37,290 nt of DNA from Rickettsiales bacterium. GTDB taxonomy: Bacteria; Pseudomonadota; Alphaproteobacteria; Rickettsiales; UBA3002. The translations under genes and the position numbers were made by a program. Numbering within the stretch: position 1 is the stretch's first letter; the number at the start of each line of letters is the position of its first letter. A model generated the notes under the pieces. That model was not told the DNA's origin. It made no database searches and saw only the letters and a program-made list of their open reading frames with translations. Below are positions 1 through 7,443 of this stretch, piece by piece. The DNA is taken from positions 1-37,290 of the forward strand of contig JBIIAV010000003.1 in NCBI GenBank assembly GCA_044239745.1. The letters run 5' to 3'.

Positions 1-696
1 CACGAAGTCGGCGCGCATCTGCTCGACCGATTTCAGCTCGGTGATGTCGTTCATGGTGATGACGGTCGAGATGCCGCCGGCAGTCGGCACCGGAAAACGC
101 TCGATGATGGCAAGAAAATCGCGCACCACGGGGTCCTCGATGCGAAACTCGATCTCGCGGCCCTTCAGGTCCTGAATCACCGATGAGATCGCATCGAGCA
201 AATAACGGCTGGGAATGACATCCTTCAGTTGTTTGCCCGCCAGATTCTGGCCGAAGATGGCGCGTGCCGCACGGTTCGTGCGTACGATCTTCTTCTCATC
301 GTTCACCATGATGAGGATATCGGGCAGCGTATCCACAAGGATCTCGCGCTCGGTGATGATGGTCTCCATCTGTTTCTTCTTCACGTCCCAGCTGGCCTGC
401 AAGCGTTTGAGCGCCTCGGAGAGTTCGGCGGTCGAGCCCAGAAAGCTAAGGTCGGGGGCGGCGACGCGCTTATCCTGCGCGATCTCGTTCACGTAGTGGG
501 TAAGCGACGAAACATTTGATAAAAAAGGATAAATGAGTAATCCGGTGGCCACAAAAATAATGCCATACGCGTACATCATCTGCGAAAGGCTCAGCACGCC
601 GAGCAAAACATCGAGCCCGACCACCAGCAACGCGGGGCTGGTGACCACTAAAACGGACTTCAGCAGGGCGTTGAATGGGACAAAGGTCTTTTTCAT
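1..696 (-). CDS. PAS-domain sensor histidine kinase, N-terminal part (PhoR-like); the 3' end runs off the window
   Basis: Absent from the ORF track because there is no stop in the window. My reverse-complement translation from the ATG at 696-694 reads MKKTFVPFNALLKSVLVVTSPALLVVGLDVLL... It has two hydrophobic segments, then a PAS-like stretch (ILVDTLPDILIMVNDEKKIVRTNRAARAIFGQ). It ends ...ELKSVEQMRADFV, the usual lead-in to the H-box ([14 protein letters not shown]). An AGGAGG lies immediately upstream (699-704, complement). Confidence 0.75.
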   Translation of the reverse strand, partial: MKKTFVPFNALLKSVLVVTSPALLVVGLDVLLGVLSLSQMMYAYGIIFVATGLLIYPFLSNVSSLTHYVNEIAQDKRVAAPDLSFLGSTAELSEALKRLQASWDVKKKQMETIITEREILVDTLPDILIMVNDEKKIVRTNRAARAIFGQNLAGKQLKDVIPSRYLLDAISSVIQDLKGREIEFRIEDPVVRDFLAIIERFPVPTAGGISTVITMNDITELKSVEQMRADFV

Positions 697-767
697 ACCC
701 TCCTACATCCCCTAAAAGCGGGTTATTGGCAAGAAAAACGGATAGTTAGCGCCATGTATGTTTAGGG

Positions 768-795
768 TTGACAGCGCGGCGACGGCGAGTATATT
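768..795 (+). promoter_or_regulatory. sigma70-type promoter for rplU-rpmA
   Basis: TTGACA at 768-773, a 16-nt spacer and TATATT at 790-795, about 40 nt upstream of the rplU ATG. Seen directly in the sequence. Confidence 0.6.
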
Positions 796-833
796 CCCGC
801 CTCCTTTAAACCAATAAAATAAGAGAGCGCGTT

Positions 834-1334
834 ATGTACGCAGTGATCATCACCGGTGGCAAGCAATACCGTGTAACCGCAGGCAGCATCATCGAAGTTG
901 AGAAACTCGAAGCGAATGTCGGCGACACCGTGAAAATCGACCAAGTCCTCGCCTTGTCGGGCGACAAGACGGTCATCGGCACCCCGACGGTCGCCGGCGC
1001 AATCGTCGAAGCTCAAGTACTTGAGCAAGGCAAGGCCGACAAAGTCCTCATCTTCAAAAAGAAGCGTCGCCACAACTACCGCCGCAAGAACGGCCACCGT
1101 CAGCGCTTCACCGCGCTGCACATCACCAGCATCTCGCTGAACGGTTCAGCACTGGTCACGGCAGAAAAGCGTACGCCAAAACCAAAGAACACCGCACCGG
1201 TGGCACAAGCAGCAGCTCCGAAAAAAGCCGCCGCTGCGCCGAAGGCAAAAGCAGCACCGAAGGCCGCTGCCAAGCCCGCCGCGAAAAAACCCGCCGCTGC
1301 AAAAAAACCCGCCGCGAAAAAAGCAGCGAAATAA
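834..1334 (+). CDS. rplU: 50S ribosomal protein L21 with a C-terminal Ala/Lys/Pro-rich extension
   Basis: [14 protein letters not shown]...[16 protein letters not shown] is the canonical L21 core. It is followed directly by rpmA. The tail reads [39 protein letters not shown]. Confidence 0.95.
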   Translation: MYAVIITGGKQYRVTAGSIIEVEKLEANVGDTVKIDQVLALSGDKTVIGTPTVAGAIVEAQVLEQGKADKVLIFKKKRRHNYRRKNGHRQRFTALHITSISLNGSALVTAEKRTPKPKNTAPVAQAAAPKKAAAAPKAKAAPKAAAKPAAKKPAAAKKPAAKKAAK

Positions 1335-1357
1335 TTTCGATTCATTAGGAGTTCGTC

Positions 1358-1615
<258 letters not shown>

Positions 1616-1645
1616 CGTTGCGTTACTCTACTAAAGCGATATACG

Positions 1646-1677
1646 AAAAGGGAAATGGGTGACCATTTCCCTTTTTA
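1646..1677 (+). terminator. Rho-independent terminator after rpmA
   Basis: The stem gggaaatgg (1650-1658) pairs with ccatttccc (1663-1671) around a 4-nt loop gtga. It is flanked by aaaa and followed by a T5 run (1672-1676). Confidence 0.8.
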
Positions 1678-1707
1678 CTTGGAAACAACTCACGGTCAGC
1701 ACCTCGC

Positions 1708-2763
1708 ATGAACTTTGTCGATGAAACTAAGATCTACGTGAAGTCCGGCGATGGCGGCGAAGGCTGCGTCAGCTTCCGGCGCGAGAAGTTTATCCCCGAA
1801 GGCGGGCCCGATGGCGGCGATGGCGGCCGCGGCGCCAGCATCATCATGAAAGCCGTCACCGGCCTCAACACCCTGATCGATTACCGCTTCCAGCAGCATT
1901 TCAAGGGCGCCAAGGGCGGCCACGGCATGGGCAAACAGCGCTACGGCAAATCGGCGGTCGATATGATGCTCGAAGTGCCCGTCGGCACCCAAATTTATGA
2001 CGAGGACCGCGAGACCTTGCTCGCCGATCTCACCGAGGAAGGGCAAGAGATCGTGCTCGCCAAAGGCGGCCGCGGCGGGCTTGGCAACATCCATTTCAAA
2101 TCCTCCACCAACCAAGCGCCCGTTCAATCCGTTCCCGCCGGTAAGGGCGAGGAGCGCACGCTGTGGCTGAAGCTGAAACTGCTTTCGGACGCAGGGCTTC
2201 TCGGCCTGCCCAACGCCGGAAAATCGACCTTCCTTGCCGCCGTTTCCGCGGCCAAACCGAAGATCGCCGATTACCCCTTCACCACCCTCGCCCCGCAACT
2301 GGGCGTCGTTTCAGTGGGTGACGCCGAGTTCGTACTGGCCGATATTCCGGGGCTGATCGAAGGGGCGGCGGAAGGCCGTGGCCTTGGCCTCAAGTTCCTA
2401 GGCCATGTCGAGCGTTGCGGCGTGCTGCTGCATCTTATCGATGGCACCGCCGAGGATGTCGTCGCCGCCTACGAGACCGTCCGCCACGAGCTGAACCAAT
2501 ACGACGACGAGCTGGCCGAGAAACCAGAGATCGTCGCGCTCAATAAATGCGACTCGATGACCCAAGCCGAGATCAAGAAGAAAAAGAAAGCCCTCGAGAA
2601 GGCCAGTGGCGGCGACGTGTTCGTCATCTCGGCCGCCGCCCGCACCGATTTGGAGCCGCTGCTCGTTACCATGCTGCAGACCATCATCGATTATCGCGGT
2701 GAAAAAGCACCGCCGGCACTTCCGGCCTTCATCGCCGGCAGCGATGGCAGCGAAAACGACTAA
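1708..2763 (+). CDS. obg: GTPase Obg/CgtA
   Basis: [42 protein letters not shown] is the glycine-rich Obg fold. The G domain shows GLPNAGKST and DIPGLIEGA. The position after rpmA is conserved. Confidence 0.96.
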   Translation: MNFVDETKIYVKSGDGGEGCVSFRREKFIPEGGPDGGDGGRGASIIMKAVTGLNTLIDYRFQQHFKGAKGGHGMGKQRYGKSAVDMMLEVPVGTQIYDEDRETLLADLTEEGQEIVLAKGGRGGLGNIHFKSSTNQAPVQSVPAGKGEERTLWLKLKLLSDAGLLGLPNAGKSTFLAAVSAAKPKIADYPFTTLAPQLGVVSVGDAEFVLADIPGLIEGAAEGRGLGLKFLGHVERCGVLLHLIDGTAEDVVAAYETVRHELNQYDDELAEKPEIVALNKCDSMTQAEIKKKKKALEKASGGDVFVISAAARTDLEPLLVTMLQTIIDYRGEKAPPALPAFIAGSDGSEND

Positions 2764-2813
2764 GTCACGTTTCGTACTTTCGTAGCCGCGGTAAGTTGGC
2801 TATAGCTATCGGT

Positions 2814-3929
2814 ATGACCACCACCCCGTCATTGGCGAAGGCCAAGCGCATTGTCATCAAGATCGGCTCCGGCCTGATCGCCGAGACCGCACGCGTACGC
2901 AAGCGGTGGCTGGCCGCAATGGCGGCGGATATTGCCGCGCTGCATGCCGCAGGCAAGGAGGTGATCATCGTTTCCTCCGGCGCGGTGGCGCTGGGTCGGC
3001 CGCAGGTCGGCCTCGGCGATGGGCGCCTGAGCCTCGAGGAAAAACAGGCCGCCGCCGCTGCCGGCCAACCGCTGCTGATTCAGGCGTGGCAACAGGCGTT
3101 CGCGGCGCATGGCATCCATGTCGCGCAATTGCTGCTGACCCTCGACGATTCCGAGCATCGACGCCGCTATCTCAATGCCCGCGCTACCTTCACCACGCTG
3201 CTTGCGCACAGGCTCGTGCCCATCGTCAACGAGAACGATTCCGTCGCCACCGCCGAACTCAAATTCGGCGATAACGACCGCCTCGCGGCGCGGGTGGCCG
3301 TCATGGTCGGCGCCGATATGCTGGTGCTGTTCTCCGATGTCGACGGGCTTTACGATAAAAATCCGAGCCTGCATGCCGATGCCAAACATATCGCGCGGGT
3401 GAAGGAGCTGACGCCCGCGATCATGGCCATGGGCGGCGGCGCGGCCAGCAGCTTAAGCAACGGCGGCATGAAGACCAAACTCGAAGCGGCGCAGTTGGCA
3501 ACTGCCAGCGGCTGCCACATGGCGATCGCCAAGGGTAGCGATATGCACGCGCTTTCCGCGTTGGGTGCCGGCGCCACCTGCACATGGTTCACGGCCACGG
3601 TGAAGCCGCAAGTGGCACGCAAGGATTGGATCGCCTCGGCCGTTAAAATTGCCGGTAGCGTCACGGTCGATGCCGGTGCCGCGCGCGCCCTCGCGCAGGG
3701 TAAAAGTTTGCTGCCTGCGGGCGTCACCGCTGTTGAAGGTAAGTTCGAGCGTGGCGACACCATCGCCATCAAACGCGGCGACGGCACTATCATCGCCAAA
3801 GGCATCACCGGCTACAACGCGGTGGAAGCCACGAAAATTCGCGGCAAACAATCGGATGCGGTCGAGGCCATTCTCGGCTATGCTCACCGCGCCACCCTGA
3901 TCCACCGCGACGATCTGGCCATGCTATGA
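2814..3929 (+). CDS. proB: glutamate 5-kinase with a C-terminal PUA domain
   Basis: KRIVIKIGSGLI..., VSSGAVALG and NENDSVAT...FGDNDRLAA are ProB motifs. The ORF track starts at a TTG at 2796. I prefer the ATG at 2814 (MTTTPSLAKAKR...). Confidence 0.93.
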   Translation: MTTTPSLAKAKRIVIKIGSGLIAETARVRKRWLAAMAADIAALHAAGKEVIIVSSGAVALGRPQVGLGDGRLSLEEKQAAAAAGQPLLIQAWQQAFAAHGIHVAQLLLTLDDSEHRRRYLNARATFTTLLAHRLVPIVNENDSVATAELKFGDNDRLAARVAVMVGADMLVLFSDVDGLYDKNPSLHADAKHIARVKELTPAIMAMGGGAASSLSNGGMKTKLEAAQLATASGCHMAIAKGSDMHALSALGAGATCTWFTATVKPQVARKDWIASAVKIAGSVTVDAGAARALAQGKSLLPAGVTAVEGKFERGDTIAIKRGDGTIIAKGITGYNAVEATKIRGKQSDAVEAILGYAHRATLIHRDDLAML

Positions 3930-4384
3930 AACCACGCCTACCCATTTATGCCGGCCGCTTGGAGCGTCTGTTCGCCAACCTGATCGATACGATCATCCTT
4001 GTCATTCCCGGCGGGTTGCTATCGGCAGCGCTAGGGCCGGACGGGCTTGGCATGCTCGCGATGTTCGCCATCAGCGTCGCCTACTATACGTATTTCACCG
4101 CCTCGTCGTGGCAGGCAACACCGGGCAAACGCCTGCTTGGCATCTATGTCATGCGCACCGATCATCGCATGCTTGGCCCGCGCGACGCGCTGGAGCGCTT
4201 TCTGGCCTACACCATTCCAAGCCTGCCCATCTATACCAGCCTCATCTCGCCGCAAATCGCACCGCTACTCGTATTCTGGCTCAGCCTTTTTTGGTTCGCG
4301 CCCATTCTCTTCACGCCCGAACGCATGGGCATGCATGACCGCCTATGCCGTACACGCGTGCTGGTCGGCAGGGTAGGCATATGA
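3926..4384 (+). CDS. RDD-family integral membrane protein
   Basis: YAGRLERLFANLIDTIILVIPGG opens the protein, followed by three hydrophobic helices and a C-terminal GMHDRLCRTRV. This pattern is typical of RDD-domain proteins. ATGA start/stop overlaps occur with proB (3926-3929) and proA (4381-4384). Confidence 0.7.
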   Translation: MKPRLPIYAGRLERLFANLIDTIILVIPGGLLSAALGPDGLGMLAMFAISVAYYTYFTASSWQATPGKRLLGIYVMRTDHRMLGPRDALERFLAYTIPSLPIYTSLISPQIAPLLVFWLSLFWFAPILFTPERMGMHDRLCRTRVLVGRVGI

Positions 4385-5646
4385 GCCTCGCCGCACAGAT
4401 GGAACAGATCGGTAGCGCGGCGCGCGGCGCAGCACGGTTGATGGCGCTTGTCTCCTGCGAGACCAAATCCCGCGCACTGCATGCGGCGGCGGGCACCATC
4501 CGTGCGCATGCTGCCGATATCCTTGCCGCTAACGCCCGCGACATGGCCGCCGCCGATCATCTAAGCTCCGCATTGCGCGACCGCCTGATGCTCGATGCCA
4601 AGCGCATCGAGGCTATGGCCGCAGGCGTCGCGGCAGTAGCGGATCTGCCCGATCCCGTCGGGCGCGTACTGAGCGCGTGGGACGTGGCCGCCAACGGCCT
4701 GCATATCGAGAAAGTGTCCGTACCGCTTGGCGTCATCGGCATCATCTACGAATCGCGCCCCAACGTCACGGCGGATGCGACCGCGCTTGCACTCAAATCA
4801 GGCAACGCCATCATCCTGCGCGGCGGCTCGGAGAGCATGCATTCCAGCGCCGCCATCCTTCAGGCGATGCAAGCAGGTTTTGCGGAAGCGAACCTGCCAC
4901 CGAACGCAGCACAGCTCATCACCACCACCGACCGCGATGCCGTCGCCCATATGCTGACCATGCATGCGCATATCGACGTCATCATCCCGCGCGGTGGCAA
5001 ATCGCTGACCGAGCGCATCCGCCGCGACGCCCGCGTGCCGACCTTGCTGCATCTCGACGGCAACTGCCATCTCTATATCGATCGCATGGCGGACGACGCC
5101 ACCGCCCACCGCGTGGTGATGAATGCCAAGCTGCGGCGCACCGGCGTGTGCGGCGCGCTCGAGACCTTACTCATCCATCGCGACTGTCTGACGACCATCG
5201 CGCCGATCCTCATCAACGACTTGCTGACGAAGGGCTGCGAATTGCGCGGCGACGCCGCCATCTGCGCCATCGATGCGCGCATCCTTCCCGCCAGCGAGGA
5301 TGACTGGTCGACCGAATATCTCGCCCCCATCCTTGCCATCAAAACAGTCGCGGATACGGCCACCGCCATCGCCCATATCAACCATTACGGCTCCCACCAC
5401 ACGGATGGCATCATCACGCAGGATGCCGCGGCTGCCCAGCACTTCACGGATGCGGTCGAGAGTGCCATCGTGCTGGTCAATGCCAGCACCCAGTTCGCCG
5501 ATGGCGGGCAGTTCGGCTTCGGTGCCGAGATCGGCATCGCCACCGGTAAACTGCACGCGCGCGGGCCGGTCGGAGCCGCAGAACTTACCACCTACAAATA
5601 CCGCATCACCACCCATGCCCCGTCGGGCGCCATCCGTGCCGAGTAA
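4381..5646 (+). CDS. proA: gamma-glutamyl phosphate reductase
   Basis: VPLGVIGIIYESRPNVTADA, LRGGSE and NASTQFADGGQFGFGAEIGI are ProA signatures. The start is set at the ATG at 4381 (MSLAAQMEQIG...) rather than the ORF-track 4345. Confidence 0.94.
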   Translation: MSLAAQMEQIGSAARGAARLMALVSCETKSRALHAAAGTIRAHAADILAANARDMAAADHLSSALRDRLMLDAKRIEAMAAGVAAVADLPDPVGRVLSAWDVAANGLHIEKVSVPLGVIGIIYESRPNVTADATALALKSGNAIILRGGSESMHSSAAILQAMQAGFAEANLPPNAAQLITTTDRDAVAHMLTMHAHIDVIIPRGGKSLTERIRRDARVPTLLHLDGNCHLYIDRMADDATAHRVVMNAKLRRTGVCGALETLLIHRDCLTTIAPILINDLLTKGCELRGDAAICAIDARILPASEDDWSTEYLAPILAIKTVADTATAIAHINHYGSHHTDGIITQDAAAAQHFTDAVESAIVLVNASTQFADGGQFGFGAEIGIATGKLHARGPVGAAELTTYKYRITTHAPSGAIRAE

Positions 5647-5651
5647 CCCGC

Positions 5652-6254
5652 ATGCGTAACATCGGCCTACTCGGCGGCTCGTTCAATCCGGCGCATGCGG
5701 GGCATCTGCACATCTCGCTCGAAGCATTGAAGCGGCTCGATCTCGACGAAATCTGGTGGTTGGTATCGCCGAAGAATCCGCTGAAGAACGCGCATGATTT
5801 GGCTGACTACGCCACGCGGCTTTCGTATGCGCAGATGCTCACGCGCCATCATCCGCGCATCCGCGTGCTGGATATCGAAGCGCAGCACGCATTGCATTAC
5901 ACCATCGACACGATACGTTTCCTGCAGGCGCGGCATCGCCATCACCGCTTCGTATGGCTGATGGGCGCCGACAACCTCGCCCATTTCCACCGCTGGCGTT
6001 CATGGCGCGAGATTGCGGCGCGGGTGCCGATCGCCATCCTCGATCGGGCACCCTATGGCCTACGGGCGTTGCATGCCCGTTTTGCCGTTATGCTGCACAA
6101 ATACCGTTACCAAACATCGCAGGCGCGAATGCTGGCAACCGCAGCAACCCCGCGCTGGGCGTATCTTACCATCCCCCGCCATCCCCTCAGCGCCACTGCT
6201 TTACGAAAAACACTTGGAAAAAGAGCCTTCTTTGGGCATAATGCTAGGAACTGA
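5652..6254 (+). CDS. nadD: nicotinate-nucleotide adenylyltransferase
   Basis: IGLLGGSFNPAHAGHLHIS carries the (H/T)xGH nucleotidyltransferase motif. The proA-nadD-rsfS-rlmH order is conserved. Confidence 0.9.
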   Translation: MRNIGLLGGSFNPAHAGHLHISLEALKRLDLDEIWWLVSPKNPLKNAHDLADYATRLSYAQMLTRHHPRIRVLDIEAQHALHYTIDTIRFLQARHRHHRFVWLMGADNLAHFHRWRSWREIAARVPIAILDRAPYGLRALHARFAVMLHKYRYQTSQARMLATAATPRWAYLTIPRHPLSATALRKTLGKRAFFGHNARN

Positions 6255-6266
6255 ACCCGATAAGGA

Positions 6267-6800
6267 GTGACCGCTATTCCACCGCGCGCGACTGCCAAGA
6301 AACCTGCCCGCACCCGCAGCACTACCAAGGTAGCACCTGCAAAAAAAGCGGCAGCGAAAACCACCAAAAAATCCGCCCCCAAGGAAGCTGTAAAAGCGAA
6401 ACCCGCTGCCAAGGCCGCGCTTAAGAAAGCAGCACCGAAAGCCGTCAAGAACACCCCGGCACAGAACGCGACCGAAGCGTTGTGCAAGCGCATCCAAGGC
6501 GTGCTCGATACCAACAAGGCCGAGGATATCGCCACCCTCACCTTGCGCGATAAATGCAGCTTCGCCGATTTCATGATCGTCGCCAACGGCCGCGCGCCGC
6601 GCCATGTCGTGGCACTGGCCGATTACGTCGCCGACCTGTTGAAGAAAAGCGGCAGCCCCGCCCTTTCGATCGAGGGCAAGGAAAGCGGCGACTGGGTGCT
6701 CATCGATGCCGGCGACATCATCGTCCATATCTTCCGTCCGGAAGTGCGCCAGTTCTACAACATCGAGAAAATGTGGGCGCTGCCCGTAGCAAGCTACTAG
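6267..6800 (+). CDS. rsfS: ribosomal silencing factor RsfS (iojap) with an N-terminal Ala/Lys/Pro-rich extension of about 65 aa
   Basis: The C-terminal 110 aa (KAEDIATLTLRDKCSFADFMIVANGRAPRHVVALADYV...WVLIDAGDIIVHIFRPEVRQFYNIEKMW) form the RsfS core. The GTG start at 6267 is the first start after the in-frame stop. An internal TTG near 6478 would give a tail-less protein, so the start is uncertain. Confidence 0.85.
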   Translation: MTAIPPRATAKKPARTRSTTKVAPAKKAAAKTTKKSAPKEAVKAKPAAKAALKKAAPKAVKNTPAQNATEALCKRIQGVLDTNKAEDIATLTLRDKCSFADFMIVANGRAPRHVVALADYVADLLKKSGSPALSIEGKESGDWVLIDAGDIIVHIFRPEVRQFYNIEKMWALPVASY

Positions 6801-6807
6801 GCGTTGC

Positions 6808-7272
6808 GTGCAGATCGTCATCGCTGCGGTCGGTCGTGCCAAACATAAGCCCGAAGCCGAGCTCATCGCCCACTATCTGAAGCAGACCCGCTGGGACATC
6901 ACCATCAAGGAAATACCGGATGCGCCGAGCAACCTCGCGGCCGACGCGCGCCGCAGCCGTGAGGCCGAAGCCATCCAGAAACTGCTCGGAACCGGTAGCC
7001 GTCTGCTGGCGATGGATTCCACCGGAACATCCCTCACCAGTCCTGCGTTCGCGGCGCTCATCCAACAGGCGCAACAAGCCGCCACCAAACAGCTCGTCAT
7101 CGCCATCGGCGGGCAGGACGGGCTAGCGCCGACACTGCTCACGCAGGCGCAGCATATCGTCGCCTTTGGCGCAGCGACATGGCCGCACCAATTGCTGCGC
7201 GCCATGCTGGTCGAACAGCTCTACCGCGCCTACACGATCACCATCGGCCACCCGTACCATCTCGGGCACTAG
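6808..7272 (+). CDS. rlmH: 23S rRNA (pseudouridine1915-N3)-methyltransferase RlmH
   Basis: It is 154 aa with a GTG start. ...LVIAIGGQDGL...ATWPHQLLRAMLVEQLYRAYTITIGHPYH is the SPOUT/RlmH C-terminus. It follows rsfS as in most bacteria. Confidence 0.9.
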   Translation: MQIVIAAVGRAKHKPEAELIAHYLKQTRWDITIKEIPDAPSNLAADARRSREAEAIQKLLGTGSRLLAMDSTGTSLTSPAFAALIQQAQQAATKQLVIAIGGQDGLAPTLLTQAQHIVAFGAATWPHQLLRAMLVEQLYRAYTITIGHPYHLGH

Positions 7273-7304
7273 GGGTACCGTTTAGCCACCACCGAGCCGC
7301 TTGC

Positions 7305-7407
7305 GCCATGATGTTTATTTCGCTGAAGATCGAAGGAAATTTTGAACATGTAGCAGGTTCTACATGAGAAAAATTTACTGATGGTATTCAGTGAAATAAA
7401 CCATGGC
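7305..7407. repeat. AT-rich intergenic element with a long outer inverted repeat enclosing a short hairpin
   Basis: The left arm gccatg(at)gtttatttcgctgaa (7305-7327) pairs with the right arm ttcagtgaaataaaccatggc (7387-7407). That gives 21 bp with one 2-nt bulge and one G/T position. The inner hairpin is catgtag (7347-7353) / ctacatg (7360-7366). Confidence 0.6.
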
Positions 7408-7409
7408 TC

Positions 7410-7437
7410 TTGCATGTGGCGCTGCCACTGCTAAAAC
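7410..7437 (+). promoter_or_regulatory. candidate promoter abutting the gpmI start codon (possible leaderless mRNA)
   Basis: TTGCAT at 7410-7415, a 16-nt spacer and TAAAAC at 7432-7437. Only 6 nt separate the -10 from the ATG at 7444, and no Shine-Dalgarno is visible. Confidence 0.3.
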
Positions 7438-7443
7438 TTCCGT

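Noticed and set aside
1180-1330. Tandem and low-complexity repeats considered as possible CRISPR or satellite arrays. Other tracts lie at 6290-6460, 11371-11455 and 24001-24120.
   Set aside because: All are in frame within coding regions and encode AKP, KD or GS low-complexity peptides. They show no repeat-spacer architecture and no cas genes.
7179-7367. A 62-aa ORF spanning the rlmH 3' end and the AT-rich spacer.
   Set aside because: It overlaps rlmH out of frame and has no ribosome-binding site. The part in the spacer coincides with the inverted-repeat element, so a structural or regulatory reading is more plausible.
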